Positions 43,489 to 54,871 of a DNA stretch of 64,000 nt are shown here, one piece after another (position 1 is the first letter of the stretch; each line of letters starts with the position of its first letter). A program made the translations under genes and the position numbers. The stretch comes from Spirochaetia bacterium (GTDB lineage: Bacteria > Spirochaetota > Spirochaetia > WTKD01): positions 370,389 through 434,388 of the forward strand of contig OZ251568.1 of NCBI GenBank assembly GCA_965243525.1. The letters are read 5' to 3'. Under the pieces are notes generated by a model. It made no database searches, was not told the origin of the DNA, and saw only the letters and a program-made list of their open reading frames with translations.

Positions 43489-43899
43489 TTAATCGTCCTT
43501 TGGACCGATCCATCCAAATGGATTGTAGGCAAGCTCCCAGTAATTTTGTTCAGGATCAGCGATATAACTGGAATAGCCACCCCAGAACACCTTTTGTGGC
43601 GATTTGACTGGTTTTGCTCCCTTGGCAGTCACTGCAGCAAAGAGTTCATCCACCGCCTGTTCACTGGAAAGGTTGTGCGCAAAAGTGACACCGGAGAATC
43701 CACTGTGGTCGTTCTTGATGCCAATATCCTCCGCCAGAGCATCCATTCCATAGAGCCCCAACCAGGTCCCATTCAGCGAATAGAACGAAATCGAATCATT
43801 CGCACTCTCCAAGGTAAACCCAAAGACATCGCGATAGAACGCCGTCATTGCAGGCAGATCATATACCCCCAATGTAACCATGCTTATTCTGTTTTTCAT
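43489..43899 (-). CDS. VOC (glyoxalase/bleomycin-resistance/dioxygenase) superfamily protein
   Basis: 136 aa. MVTLGVYDLPAMTAFYRDVFGF... is the typical VOC beta-alpha-beta-beta-beta start. Confidence 0.7.
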   Translation of the reverse strand: MKNRISMVTLGVYDLPAMTAFYRDVFGFTLESANDSISFYSLNGTWLGLYGMDALAEDIGIKNDHSGFSGVTFAHNLSSEQAVDELFAAVTAKGAKPVKSPQKVFWGGYSSYIADPEQNYWELAYNPFGWIGPKDD

Positions 43900-44165
43900 A
43901 CGTGTATAGTATGACCGAAAACATCGATTCCTGCCACAGCTCTGAGGGTTGCTTCATCGCCGCATGGGTTTTCTCTGCCTGTGTTCAGATGGGTTTTCTT
44001 TGCATGCGTTTAGGTGGAATTTGTGGCATGTCCCGTGACACATTCCGACGCGTATACAGCAAAATGCGATTTGAAATGTCGCTGCATCTATGCCTACATC
44101 TGCGCTCACGAGCTTCGCTTCTGCGATGATATTGACCTGTCTGCATTGCCAGGCTAGAGTCAATC

Positions 44166-46862
44166 ATGTCACTCTTGACGAAATTATTTGGCTCAAAACA
44201 ACAACAAGATTTAAAACAGTTAACCCCTATTGTAAACAGCATAAACACCCACGAACGGACGGTCCTGCAGATGGATCAACCGGCAATTCAGGCAAAAACA
44301 GCAGAACTCAGACAACAACTCAACGAGGGAGTGAAATCTGATTCCTTGGTGCCGCTTGCTTTTGCGCTCGCCCGAGAGGCTGCACGCCGCATCCTTGGTG
44401 AGCGACTCTATGATGTGCAGCTGTTCGGATCCATTGCGCTTTATCAGGGTAGGATCATGGAGATGAAAACAGGTGAGGGAAAAACGCTTGCGGCGGTTCC
44501 AGCTGCCTATCTTCGCGCCTTGGAGGGCAAGGGCATCCACATTGTCACGGTGAACGATTATCTTGCCCTGCGCGATTCAGAATGGATGGGGCCAGTCTTC
44601 GCCTATCTTGGGTTGAGTGTGGGAGTTATTCAATCAAATATGACTCCGGATGCGCGGAAAGAAGCCTATCGAAAGGACATCACCTATGCGACGAACAACG
44701 AACTTGGGTTTGATTATCTGCGTGACAATATGCGCCTTTCTGTTGAGGAACGGGTCCAACGCGGCCATTATTTCTGCATCATCGACGAAATTGATTCTAT
44801 TCTCATTGATGAGTCGCGAACGCCCTTGATTATTTCTGGTTCACGAAAAACCGATACGCAAAAATACTATGCCGCAAACAATATCGTGCCCCTTCTCAAG
44901 GAATGTGCAAAGGATCCACAAACCGACACCTATCCCGAGGAACCGATTGGCGATTACAAACTCGACGAAAAGGGGAAAAATGTGCAGTTCACTGAGGCTG
45001 GGTTTGATTCTATTGAAAAACATCTGCAGCAACAAAAGCAGATTCAAGGATCACTGCTCAACGAAGAGAATTTTGAATTTGTGCACCATGTCACCCAGGC
45101 GATACGCGCACAACGACTCTATCATCGCGACAAGGAATACGTCGTGCAACAGGGGAAGGTTGAGATAGTCGATGAATTCACCGGCCGTGTTCTCCATGGT
45201 CGTCGATATTCCGATGGGCTGCATCAGGCGATTGAGGTCAAAGAACGCATCAAGGCGGCAAACCAGAGCACCACGATAGCAACGATAACATTGCAAAATT
45301 ATTTTCGTATGTATACCCGGTTGAGTGGTATGACCGGAACGGCGGCAACTGAAAGCACCGAGTTCACCAAGATATATGGTTTGGATGTGGTCGAAATTCC
45401 AACCAACCGCCCGGTCTGTCGGGAGGATCAACAGGATTTGATTTTTGCCAATGCTAAGTCGAAATACACCGCAATTTGCAACGAAATAGAGCGTGTACAC
45501 CGGAAAGGGCAACCTGTTTTGGTGGGAACGGTTTCTGTCGAACGTTCAGAGCTCATCGCAACCTTGCTCAAACGTCGTGGAATCCGCCATGAAGTGCTCA
45601 ACGCAAAGAACCATGAACGCGAGGCGCACATCATCGCTGAGGCAGGTGCAGAGGGCGCAATAACCATCGCAACAAATATGGCGGGTCGTGGAACCGATAT
45701 CAAACTTGGTGGAAACCCTGAGTTCAGAACCGCTGCAAAGGTGAATCGCGAAAAAGATCCTGATGGATACGCGCGCGTCTATAAAAAGGAATATGAAGGC
45801 TGGAAGGCACAATACGAAGCCGTAAAAGGGCTCGGTGGCTTGTTTGTCTTGGGAACAGAGCGTCATGAATCACGACGCATCGACAACCAATTGCGCGGTC
45901 GTTCGGGGCGGCAGGGAGATCCTGGCCGTTCACAATTTTTCGTTTCTCTCGACGATGACCTCATGCGCTTATTTGGTGGCGGCCTGCAAACGCTCCGGAA
46001 TTACCTGAGCAAAGGGCTTGAAGAGGGCGAATCCATTCACCATCCGATGATCACCAAGAGCCTTGAGCGAGCACAAAAACGCGTGGAAGAACGTAACTTC
46101 GATATCAGAAAACACCTGCTTGAATTTGACGATGTCTTGAACGCACAGCGTGATCGCATATACAGCAGAAGAAACGAATTGCTGAGTTCATCTGCTCTCC
46201 AAGAAAGAATAGAAGAAATTCTCACCGAAGAAGTTTCCGATTTGTTTGCACTGTATCTCGCAAGATCTGACAATGCTGATTTTGCACAGGGAGCAGCGCT
46301 GTTGCACGAAAAGCTGTTTTTCACGACGACTATCACCACGAGCAATCAACCTGCGCAAGACACCGTTCAATCGGTTTGTGCAGAGATCATCGCATCATTA
46401 CGCGAAAAACAATCAAGCGTTGATGCTGAGCGCTGGAACATGTATATCCGCTATACCTATGTTTCACTAATCGATAGAAACTGGCAGGAACACTTGAGCC
46501 TCTTGGACAGCCTGCGCGAGGCGGTCTATCTGCGTAGTTATGCACAAAAGAATCCGCTCCTTGAGTATAAACTTGAAGGATTCAATGCATTTGATACGAT
46601 GATTGCCAGAATTCGAGTTGGGTTAATCAGCAGACTCATCGCAACACGGGTCAACACTGAGGGCCGCAAAGAATCGTCATTATTAGATGATGCAGCGCGC
46701 ACACAGCATCGTTCGCTGAATGTCTTCGGCGGCCAGCAACCTCCAGCAACACAAAGCGGACCGCAACAAACCGTGAGACGAAACAACCCAAAGGTGGGGC
46801 GCAACGATCCATGTCCTTGCGGCAGTGGCAAAAAATACAAACAATGCCACGGAAAATCCTAG
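44166..46862 (+). CDS. secA: Preprotein translocase ATPase SecA
   Basis: 898 aa. [11 protein letters not shown] (Walker A), the DEAD-like [10 protein letters not shown], and the C-terminal zinc finger [14 protein letters not shown]. Confidence 0.97.
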   Translation: MSLLTKLFGSKQQQDLKQLTPIVNSINTHERTVLQMDQPAIQAKTAELRQQLNEGVKSDSLVPLAFALAREAARRILGERLYDVQLFGSIALYQGRIMEMKTGEGKTLAAVPAAYLRALEGKGIHIVTVNDYLALRDSEWMGPVFAYLGLSVGVIQSNMTPDARKEAYRKDITYATNNELGFDYLRDNMRLSVEERVQRGHYFCIIDEIDSILIDESRTPLIISGSRKTDTQKYYAANNIVPLLKECAKDPQTDTYPEEPIGDYKLDEKGKNVQFTEAGFDSIEKHLQQQKQIQGSLLNEENFEFVHHVTQAIRAQRLYHRDKEYVVQQGKVEIVDEFTGRVLHGRRYSDGLHQAIEVKERIKAANQSTTIATITLQNYFRMYTRLSGMTGTAATESTEFTKIYGLDVVEIPTNRPVCREDQQDLIFANAKSKYTAICNEIERVHRKGQPVLVGTVSVERSELIATLLKRRGIRHEVLNAKNHEREAHIIAEAGAEGAITIATNMAGRGTDIKLGGNPEFRTAAKVNREKDPDGYARVYKKEYEGWKAQYEAVKGLGGLFVLGTERHESRRIDNQLRGRSGRQGDPGRSQFFVSLDDDLMRLFGGGLQTLRNYLSKGLEEGESIHHPMITKSLERAQKRVEERNFDIRKHLLEFDDVLNAQRDRIYSRRNELLSSSALQERIEEILTEEVSDLFALYLARSDNADFAQGAALLHEKLFFTTTITTSNQPAQDTVQSVCAEIIASLREKQSSVDAERWNMYIRYTYVSLIDRNWQEHLSLLDSLREAVYLRSYAQKNPLLEYKLEGFNAFDTMIARIRVGLISRLIATRVNTEGRKESSLLDDAARTQHRSLNVFGGQQPPATQSGPQQTVRRNNPKVGRNDPCPCGSGKKYKQCHGKS

Positions 46863-46988
46863 CTGATCGTGCTGCTTTCTAATACGGCGCATCCATACAC
46901 CCTTCCCAATGGGAAAGCCAGTGACAAGGATGCAGGTCTGGAGGGCGAAACTCCTCCACAGACGTTTTCGAGCTTCTGCAAAAAACCC

Positions 46989-47017
46989 TTGCAATTTGAA
47001 CGAAAATCCACTATCAT
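46989..47017 (+). promoter_or_regulatory. Near-consensus sigma70-type promoter (TTGCAA-17-TATCAT)
   Basis: -35 at 46989-46994, an exact 17-nt spacer and -10 at 47012-47017, in the long secA-downstream intergenic region. Confidence 0.45.
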
Positions 47018-47032
47018 TTGACGTCTTTTCAG

Positions 47033-47064
47033 GAGCAAGCTCTTTGCAGGGCTTGCTCTTTTTT
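47033..47064 (+). terminator. Strong intrinsic terminator
   Basis: GAGCAAGCUC-UUUGCA-GGGCUUGCUC (10 bp including one G-U) followed by UUUUUU. It starts ~10 nt after the predicted transcription start of the promoter at 46989-47017. Confidence 0.7.
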
Positions 47065-47412
47065 ATACACCTCACAGGGCTTCAGAAATCGCGTACTGCA
47101 ACATTCTTAATCTAACAATCCACAAGCAATAAGGTCACACTCAAAAATTGCAGGATTTGCATGGCTATTCACCGAAAATTATCGCCAAAAAAAGGAACAA
47201 TGCAGAAATACAACGGAAATTAAAAGATTCTCAGCAAAAATTAGGGTTGCCGAACATAAAAAATAGATATATTAGAGATATAAGGCCTATTTTTTAAATT
47301 ATTTTTTACATAGCTTGCCAAAAATACCATTGCAGTATATCCTCATCAAAAGGGCTTTATCTGGCTAGGATGTCTGATATTCTGCTGTAGAATACGGCAT
47401 CGGGTAGATGAT

Positions 47413-48648
47413 ATGAACAGGCTTAAACAATTACTATTCTTGACTGCACTGGTGTTGCTATTTCTTACCTGCGATGGTGCAGCAATATCCCTGAAGGGCT
47501 ACACCTTACTTCGCGCCAACAATGCACCACAGGATTCAGAAATACAACGAATCGCAATAGCTGTCATTGAAATTACTGGCTTCGGAGGTGAGCATTCACT
47601 CAACTCGACTGGAGAATTTAATATTTTTGAGGTTCCTATTCCAGACTCATTGCGAGGAGTAACAATTAACATTCTCCAGAAAGACATTGAAGCACTCAGC
47701 GGATGGTCTGTTGAAATCAAAATCACCCCCGCAGATCCTCTGTTTAAAAACGTCACTCCGCACTATATGACTTATATTCCTCAGAATCCATCTGATGTAT
47801 ACGATGGCGGAACCGTTTTTGTTGAGTTATCAGGCACATTGCAGGGAGAAATCTATTACGATTTTGCTATAATACGCGTTTCTACCAAGGCGGGCACCTA
47901 TGTCGATCCGCCAGAATACACCCCTGTTACGTATTCCGTGGGAAGCCCCACACTCTCCATCGTGGCAGATGCGTTGAGCTTTACCGGTTCTTCCCATCCT
48001 ACTGTTAACCCTCTACTTCCGTTTACTTCTCCTTCTGAAGCAACGCATATTCCTTTTCTTGAAAATGAATTCAAGTCAAAGGCAACTACGTCACCGATCC
48101 TACCTCAACTACAAAATTTTCGCGATTCTTGGGAAGGCCGTATATTGCCTTTCGCGTTCTCCGCGACAGGAAATGCTCAAGACATCACGGTGACCCCGAC
48201 AGATATCGCCTTGGAAGAGAGCGATCTCACCGATGGGTTCACGGCAACATTGACCATGGAGGCAACGGGATATCTTCCGACACCAGTCAAGCTCCACATC
48301 CCCGATCCCACTATTGAGCGAGCAGTGACAGAAATCACTTTTGAAGGAACTAGCGTTCGAAAACAAGGGATCAATCAGTTCAACATCACCGTTGATTCCA
48401 TCCAGAGGATCATTGATCTCATCGATGATGGCACGTTTGACACCAAGATTGAAATCACCAAGATGACCGGCGATAATCCAGAGGAATTTGCACAACGGGT
48501 CTTAATCAACTCCGATGAATCAGAGTACGACACGGAAAGAACTATTTATGATTCCTATAAAGTTACCGTTCCCATCCAGGCAAGGCATTTCTATATCATT
48601 CCTGCCAAGGACAATCCAAGTCTCAACCTTTATTTTAGCGAAAACTAG
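47413..48648 (+). CDS. Lipoprotein, unknown function
   Basis: 411 aa. MNRLKQLLFLTALVLLFLTC carries a lipobox-like LFLTC. No recognisable domain. Confidence 0.55.
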   Translation: MNRLKQLLFLTALVLLFLTCDGAAISLKGYTLLRANNAPQDSEIQRIAIAVIEITGFGGEHSLNSTGEFNIFEVPIPDSLRGVTINILQKDIEALSGWSVEIKITPADPLFKNVTPHYMTYIPQNPSDVYDGGTVFVELSGTLQGEIYYDFAIIRVSTKAGTYVDPPEYTPVTYSVGSPTLSIVADALSFTGSSHPTVNPLLPFTSPSEATHIPFLENEFKSKATTSPILPQLQNFRDSWEGRILPFAFSATGNAQDITVTPTDIALEESDLTDGFTATLTMEATGYLPTPVKLHIPDPTIERAVTEITFEGTSVRKQGINQFNITVDSIQRIIDLIDDGTFDTKIEITKMTGDNPEEFAQRVLINSDESEYDTERTIYDSYKVTVPIQARHFYIIPAKDNPSLNLYFSEN

Positions 48649-48763
48649 GAAATCTATTCTCCTGCTAGCACGATTCAATATAAACCTTGTTTTTGAACGA
48701 AAAATTTCTATTGATTAGATCTGCCAGAACTGAATTGCACTCCGCGCAAGTGCAGCGCTCTAG

Positions 48764-50014
48764 CTAAAACAGATAATCTTTTGGATTGACAAACGAACCG
48801 CGACGCACGATGGAAAAATGGAGATGGGGCCCGGTGCTGCGCCCGGTGTTTCCCATATATCCAAGAATCTCACCTGCTCCGACATAATCACCCTTTGCAA
48901 CCAGAATGTGCCCAAGATGTCCATAGAGCGTTTGAAATTCGCTATCATGCTTGACGATGACGTATTTTCCATACGAAACAGGGTTATCACCGACATAGAT
49001 GACATGCCCCGCATTTGCAGCAGTGATGGGCGTGTCAGATGCGTTTGCAATATCGATGCCATAATGAAAACGTCGCTGCCCCGTGAAGGGATCCTCTCGA
49101 TAGCCAAAATGCGATGTCAGCACGCCATAGGTGGGCATATTAAAGAGTTCACCAAGTGCCAGGCGTAATTCCTTGTCACCCATCTCTGCTTCAGGAATAA
49201 ACAGTACCTGCTCAGCATACAGAGAACTGGTGCGCAAATTATTCGCATCGAGAATGTTGATTTTATCCACCTTGTATTGTTCCGCGATTCCATCCAAACC
49301 CTCCCCCGGTGAAACAACGTGCAAAATGCCGTCTCGGTCAGGGATAAGCAGGCTTTCACCCAATTGCAATCGGCGTGCATTTTGGATGTTGTTATAACTC
49401 ACCAAGGTATCGACCCGCAACCCCGTTTCTGATGCAATCTCAGAGAGGGTGTCTCCTGCTTCAACCGTGTAGACGCTGGTGTCAAGCGGCAACAAAAAGC
49501 GCAACGAAGGGTCGTCGCTGCCGCCGATGCCGGTATACAACACATCTTGCACCTGCTCGAGCGATTCATAGGAAGTGGTATAGCTTTGCTCAACCAATGA
49601 AACCACCGCTGGTGTATCTTCATGACGGTGTTTAAACGCGTATACCGCATTGGCGTCGAGGCCTAATTGCGGTGAAGGCTGTGTTCGTTGGACAGCAAGA
49701 AAATAAGAATAGTATGCATTATCTGGGAGAATCGTACATAAAAAAAGCAAGCCCACCACAGCCACAAGGAGTGGGAGGTCTCCTGTAATTGGGCGCAGCG
49801 AACTTGCCAAGCATAAAGCTTTATGTTTCCAACCATCGGTTACCGGTGAATCAAGAACAGCTCTTTTTTGTCCCTCCACTTTGAGCGAATGGAGTATCTT
49901 ATCTACCGCTCGCTCCCCCTTCCTCTGTCCCTTTTTCAAAATAGGATAGAGTTTCCTGATTTCTCCCGGTTTTTGTTTGTGCAGAATGCTCTGCATATAT
50001 CTATGTATCGACAT
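48764..50014 (-). CDS. LysM-domain M23 peptidoglycan endopeptidase (membrane-anchored)
   Basis: 416 aa. TM LPLLVAVVGLLFLCTIL, LysM block YTVEAGDTLSEIASETGLRVDTLVSYNNI, and M23 motifs HYGID and GPHLHF. The start is uncertain. Confidence 0.85.
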   Translation of the reverse strand: MSIHRYMQSILHKQKPGEIRKLYPILKKGQRKGERAVDKILHSLKVEGQKRAVLDSPVTDGWKHKALCLASSLRPITGDLPLLVAVVGLLFLCTILPDNAYYSYFLAVQRTQPSPQLGLDANAVYAFKHRHEDTPAVVSLVEQSYTTSYESLEQVQDVLYTGIGGSDDPSLRFLLPLDTSVYTVEAGDTLSEIASETGLRVDTLVSYNNIQNARRLQLGESLLIPDRDGILHVVSPGEGLDGIAEQYKVDKINILDANNLRTSSLYAEQVLFIPEAEMGDKELRLALGELFNMPTYGVLTSHFGYREDPFTGQRRFHYGIDIANASDTPITAANAGHVIYVGDNPVSYGKYVIVKHDSEFQTLYGHLGHILVAKGDYVGAGEILGYMGNTGRSTGPHLHFSIVRRGSFVNPKDYLF

Positions 50015-50051
50015 TATCTATTCCCAGCATTATACTTGTTATACTGTAGCG

Positions 50052-51878
50052 ATGTCTCTTAGCAAAACAAGGGTATACGTATTCCTTATCTTCTTAAGTG
50101 CTTTTATTATCATCATTTTATATTCGTTTGTATATATCATATTTTCTCAAAGAAACCAGGCCACGTATGCCTTTGCCGACAGCGATCCGAAGAAAACTCG
50201 CGGGAGCATCCTGGACAGAAACAGCGAAGTTCTTGCAATTCAAGAACCCAGTTACAACCTCAGCGCCTGGAAACCAGAGATGGAAAATACCGAAGAAACC
50301 ACCGCCGTCATTGCATCGATTCTCGGTGAAGATGTAAATAGTCTGAGAGAAAAACTTGCATCACAACGCAATTACGTATTGCTGGCGCGCTCGATTTCAA
50401 ATCATGCTGCTGAACGCATCCAATCGCTTAAAGAAGCGGGCGGTCTATCAGGAGTACACCTCGAAGAAAACCTGCAACGCAAATACCCGTTCAGAGAATT
50501 TTCTGAGCCGTTTGTCGGGTATGTGAACATCGATAACAAGGGTCTCGACGGCATTGAATATATCTATAACGATGCGCTCGCCCAGGGACAGCAGGTGCGC
50601 CTCACCCTGGACATACGCCTGCAACAACTATTGCAAACCTATCTCGACACAGAACTCGCTGAACACAAGGCACGATATCTCAATGCGGTGCTGCTCAAAT
50701 CTGATACCGGAGAAGTTCTCTCTGCAATCAGCATTCCCAGCTTTGATCCCAACAAATTCTATACCTATCCCGACGAACAACGAAGGAATCGACTTATTCG
50801 TAATGTTTATGAACCAGGCAGTGTATTCAAAGTTTTCAGCATCACCAGTCTATTGGAATTGGGCACAATATCCACCTATTCGCGATTTGACGCTTCACGA
50901 CCCTTTCTTCCGCTTGATGCATCGTTCCAAATAAACGATATCAACGTTTATGGAAACATCTCAACGCAGCAGATCATTCAATTTTCGAGTAATGTTGGGG
51001 CAGCACATGCAGCATCCACGAGCGATGATGCCCGATTTCATGCTCTGTTGCGCCAATTTGGGTTTGGATCAAGCACCGGCATCAACATCAACGGTGAAAG
51101 CACCGGAATATTCACGGAACCAGAGACATGGTCAAACCGCAGCAAGGTTACGATTGCAATTGGCCAAGAAGTCGCCGTAACCGCTATGCAGATCGCCAAG
51201 GCTGCTACGGCAATTGCCAACCAGGGAATTCTGGTCACCCCCTTTATCGTAGATTCAATTCTCTCGCCGCAGGATGCGGCCTCTCCTCCGGTTAATCCAT
51301 CCCCGAACGCCCGCCAAATCATCTCTCCAAACAACGCCCAACTGATGCTTGAATTTATGAACACCGCGACGAAACCCGAGGGAACCGCGCGACGGATCGC
51401 TCTTGATTCTGTTGAGATCGCTGCAAAAACAGGAACTGCAGAAATTTATGACCCGGTCAAAAGAGAATACTCCGATTCGCGGTTTATTGCTTCGATTCTC
51501 TGTATCTTTCCCTTCGAAGAACCAGAGTATATCCTCTATCTGGCGGTGCATGAACCTCGCGCTGGGCAATTCTATGGCGGCCAGGTTGCAGCCCCAATCG
51601 CACGAGAGCTCATCAGCATCATCCTTGGGTATGCTGATCTGCATTACAATACAGAACAGACCATCGTGCAGGATTTTCCAGACCCTCTGCCGATACCCAC
51701 GTTTACCAATGTGATGCCCCTGCTTATCGGACAACCAAAACGCAACATCGTGTATTTAAAGACCGTGACGGCCCATCCCATTCAATTCAAAGGAAACGGT
51801 TGGGTGGTATCACAATTTCCCGAGGCTGGCACCCCTCTCGAAAAGAATCAATCTATATTTGTCGAGCTTGGATACTAG
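50052..51878 (+). CDS. Class B penicillin-binding protein (PBP2/FtsI-type transpeptidase)
   Basis: The ORF track starts at 49977. I prefer the ATG at 50052 (MSLSKTRVYVFLIFLSAFIIIILY, a TM anchor). SxxK (SVFK), SxN (SSN) and KTG (KTGTA) occur in the correct order. Confidence 0.85.
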   Translation: MSLSKTRVYVFLIFLSAFIIIILYSFVYIIFSQRNQATYAFADSDPKKTRGSILDRNSEVLAIQEPSYNLSAWKPEMENTEETTAVIASILGEDVNSLREKLASQRNYVLLARSISNHAAERIQSLKEAGGLSGVHLEENLQRKYPFREFSEPFVGYVNIDNKGLDGIEYIYNDALAQGQQVRLTLDIRLQQLLQTYLDTELAEHKARYLNAVLLKSDTGEVLSAISIPSFDPNKFYTYPDEQRRNRLIRNVYEPGSVFKVFSITSLLELGTISTYSRFDASRPFLPLDASFQINDINVYGNISTQQIIQFSSNVGAAHAASTSDDARFHALLRQFGFGSSTGININGESTGIFTEPETWSNRSKVTIAIGQEVAVTAMQIAKAATAIANQGILVTPFIVDSILSPQDAASPPVNPSPNARQIISPNNAQLMLEFMNTATKPEGTARRIALDSVEIAAKTGTAEIYDPVKREYSDSRFIASILCIFPFEEPEYILYLAVHEPRAGQFYGGQVAAPIARELISIILGYADLHYNTEQTIVQDFPDPLPIPTFTNVMPLLIGQPKRNIVYLKTVTAHPIQFKGNGWVVSQFPEAGTPLEKNQSIFVELGY

Positions 51879-51889
51879 GACCGCATCTG

Positions 51890-53695
51890 GTGGATATCTT
51901 CACAAAAAACCTCGATGCAATCCAACAGCGATACGGAGATGCAATTGCAGAGCAGTTGCGCAATGCTCCAGATGAAGCATCGCTGACCCTATTCAAAAGC
52001 AAAAAACAGGATTGCTATACGGCACGATATGAGAAGATCTATCTCCACAGCGCATACAATCCGTTGCGAGAAGCTAGCCAATTAGCAAAATCCATTTTGC
52101 AGGAACAGAATAAAAACGCGCATGACGGCATTGTTTTTCTTGGGTTTGGTCTTGGCTATCATATCGCTGAAATCACTCAAAAAACACCAGAATTATCGCT
52201 GATTATCGTTGAACCAAGCATCGAGCGCATGGCACAGGTATTACGCAACATCGATTATGCATCTCTATTCAGCAATACTTCCCTTGTATTTTGTTTTGAG
52301 GAAGATCCAGCAGATATACTCGCAACCATAAAAAAAAGCGGTGCGCGCATCCCCTTGGTCTGGGAACAAGAACACCTCACCTTCCACCGGGCCACATTTT
52401 TTTCAGAGATTTCTGCAATGCTCTATCGATATAGCACCCAAGGGCGCCTGAATCGCAACACCCTGATCAAATTTTCAAAAAAATGGATTCAAAACTGCAT
52501 ACGGAATTTGATTGATCACCCACAGGCTTATTCCATCGATCTTTTGCAAAACAGTTTTTCTGGCATGCCCGCCCTGCTCTGTGCCGCTGGACCTAGTTTC
52601 GATTCGATCATTCCCTACCTTTCAGAATGGAAGAAAAAATCAGTGATCATCGCCGTTGATACCATTGTTCATCGTCTTGAATCACTTGGCTGTCCTCCTG
52701 ACATCGTTGTGAGTATGGATCCGCAGTATTGGAATTCGCGACATCTCGACTATTGTGACCTCACTGGCATGATCCTCATCGTTGATTCTTCAACCTGTCC
52801 GCGCATCTTGCATAAAATCCGAAAAAATGGAGGCATTCCATTCTTTGCGGCTTCGCATTTCCCCCTCGCTGCCTATCTCGATCCCTATCACAACACCAAA
52901 CTTGGAGCCGGCGGGTCAGTAAGCACCAGCGCATGGGATCTCTGCACCTTTCTGGGATGCAGCTCACTTTTTTGCATTGGGCTTGATCTTGGATATCCCC
53001 TCCATCGCACTCATGCACGCCATTCGCTGTATGAACAAGTTTGGAGCTGGACTGCGCATCGCTTGGCTGCCATCGAAACACCACTCGTGCATTCGCTGTT
53101 CAACGCTGCTCCATACTATGTTGAAAACTACGCTGGACATAAGATCTTGAGCGATACGCGGTTGGAACTCTATTCATTTTGGTTCACTGAGGCAGCCCGC
53201 TCGGTAGAGGCCCACACCCTCTCGCTCCTTTCAAAAAAAATCGAAGGGATAGCTTTTGCCGATCCTGCATCAATAGCGCGCCGTGCATCAATTTCAGAAG
53301 AAAAAGAAAGACTACTCCACAAACTAGTGGAGCTCCCCCCTTCAAACGACGAGAAAATACATCAAGACCGCCTGCAACGTATCCACCATCTATTGAAATC
53401 CCTGAAAGAGCTGCAAAGCATCGTCGAGCAACAGCTCCAGACAATAGCCATCTGTATGGCAAGCGAACGCCTTGCACCCAAGGATATGCACGAGCTCGCT
53501 CAGAGAGATCAGCACATCACCAAGAATCCCGCAACTCCCTTTGTGAATTTTCTGCTTCAATCCGCAGCAAGAAGTGTGTTTTCATTTTTGGGCAAGGACA
53601 AGGCCCTTGAAAACAGCAGAGGCATCTATAAAGCATACAAAGAAGCAATCAACTTTTATATAACAATATTGGATCACTACAGTATAAAATCATAA
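51890..53695 (+). CDS. Maf/DUF115 (MptE-like) family protein
   Basis: The ORF track starts at 51800, inside the PBP gene. A GTG at 51890, 8 nt after AGGA, is a plausible start. The central block ALLCAAGPSFDS...VIIAVDT resembles the motility-accessory-factor family. Confidence 0.55.
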   Translation: MDIFTKNLDAIQQRYGDAIAEQLRNAPDEASLTLFKSKKQDCYTARYEKIYLHSAYNPLREASQLAKSILQEQNKNAHDGIVFLGFGLGYHIAEITQKTPELSLIIVEPSIERMAQVLRNIDYASLFSNTSLVFCFEEDPADILATIKKSGARIPLVWEQEHLTFHRATFFSEISAMLYRYSTQGRLNRNTLIKFSKKWIQNCIRNLIDHPQAYSIDLLQNSFSGMPALLCAAGPSFDSIIPYLSEWKKKSVIIAVDTIVHRLESLGCPPDIVVSMDPQYWNSRHLDYCDLTGMILIVDSSTCPRILHKIRKNGGIPFFAASHFPLAAYLDPYHNTKLGAGGSVSTSAWDLCTFLGCSSLFCIGLDLGYPLHRTHARHSLYEQVWSWTAHRLAAIETPLVHSLFNAAPYYVENYAGHKILSDTRLELYSFWFTEAARSVEAHTLSLLSKKIEGIAFADPASIARRASISEEKERLLHKLVELPPSNDEKIHQDRLQRIHHLLKSLKELQSIVEQQLQTIAICMASERLAPKDMHELAQRDQHITKNPATPFVNFLLQSAARSVFSFLGKDKALENSRGIYKAYKEAINFYITILDHYSIKS

Positions 53696-53731
53696 ATATT
53701 TTTTGATTTCCACCGATTTTCTAGTATATCC

Positions 53732-53772
53732 AGCGGTATGCATTTTATCGTCCAGTCATACCGCTCTTTTAT
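53732..53772 (+). terminator. Terminator-like hairpin after the Maf-like gene
   Basis: AGCGGUAUG, a 16-nt loop, CAUACCGCU, followed by CUUUUAU. Confidence 0.45.
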
Positions 53773-53966
53773 CTCCGCCTCCAGCATGATTCAATCATCA
53801 CGATTTGATGCCCGTTATTCCTTATTAGTTCGCAGAAAAATTTTCACAACAACTCTCACAAAAAATTTGCTTATTGCTTGAAATAATTCTGAAAAAATAC
53901 GCATATTTTATCATTTTTTCATTAGTCAGACTTACATAATCAGCCCATCTGCTCTACAATTATTTT

Positions 53967-54785
53967 ATGAATTTTAGAGTTTTTAGAGATTATAACCCAG
54001 ATGCATATTTCTCAGGTTCACACAATATCGATGCCTCAAATCAACCATTGTATGAAACACTACACACCATTCTGCTTAAGAATTCTGTTCTTGCGCAAAC
54101 GGCGCTCATTCATTCCCACGCGGAGAGAGAGCCCATTCATTCATTGCACTATACGTTCAAGAAAAAAGGCAAATCAGACTATCAGATACGAATTCAGAAT
54201 GAAAACACATTCAAGATTGCGTTTTCTTTGGAAGCAAGCAAATCTGAATTTTCCAATCTTTGCCTCGAAGCGGCCGAAAAATTTGATCAGTCATTTTTTA
54301 GCCATAGGGAGGGACTTGGGATGTATTTAGCAAATTACGGGCTTGAAAGCAAAGTCAACATTGATTGTACGAACGAGGTTGACGCATATGTATACGCAAT
54401 AAACTGGTCGCAAAATGGACTCTATGTTATTTTTCCAGAGAATGCTGTGTTTCCCATTTTTTCGATCACCCAACCTGTACCGAACATATATTGCATTCAA
54501 TGCGCCTACGAAATACGTTTTTCGTTCACCCAGACAGAAGCCGCCCCTTCTGAAAGCTCTGCCCTGGCAATTGGTTTGGATACCGCTATTTTTTTTAGGC
54601 GAAACAATGCCATTGAAACTACCCTTCAAATTTTGTATCGATTACATCGCATGCAGGACAATACCCATACTATTGTCTATATTCCAAGAAAGATCTTTGA
54701 CCATCTGGTGCAACACAGCTTGATACGAGAACAGAAAGGCAATTTCATGCTCTCGTTTGTGCAAGCGATTGCTTATACAAAATAA
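53967..54785 (+). CDS. Hypothetical protein (AT-rich gene)
   Basis: 272 aa ORF after a 270-nt AT-rich spacer. No motif is recognised. Confidence 0.45.
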   Translation: MNFRVFRDYNPDAYFSGSHNIDASNQPLYETLHTILLKNSVLAQTALIHSHAEREPIHSLHYTFKKKGKSDYQIRIQNENTFKIAFSLEASKSEFSNLCLEAAEKFDQSFFSHREGLGMYLANYGLESKVNIDCTNEVDAYVYAINWSQNGLYVIFPENAVFPIFSITQPVPNIYCIQCAYEIRFSFTQTEAAPSESSALAIGLDTAIFFRRNNAIETTLQILYRLHRMQDNTHTIVYIPRKIFDHLVQHSLIREQKGNFMLSFVQAIAYTK

Positions 54786-54871
54786 CGCATGTGATAGGCT
54801 GGATGCCGAAATTGATTTGGAATCGGGCTTCTGTGGACAACCTCACCGGGAAGCCCTATTATTAGGCATAG

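Noticed and set aside
48700-48763. A 6-bp hairpin (TGCACT...AGTGCA) between the convergent lipoprotein and M23 genes as a bidirectional terminator
   Set aside because: The stem is short and there is no U or A tract on either side.
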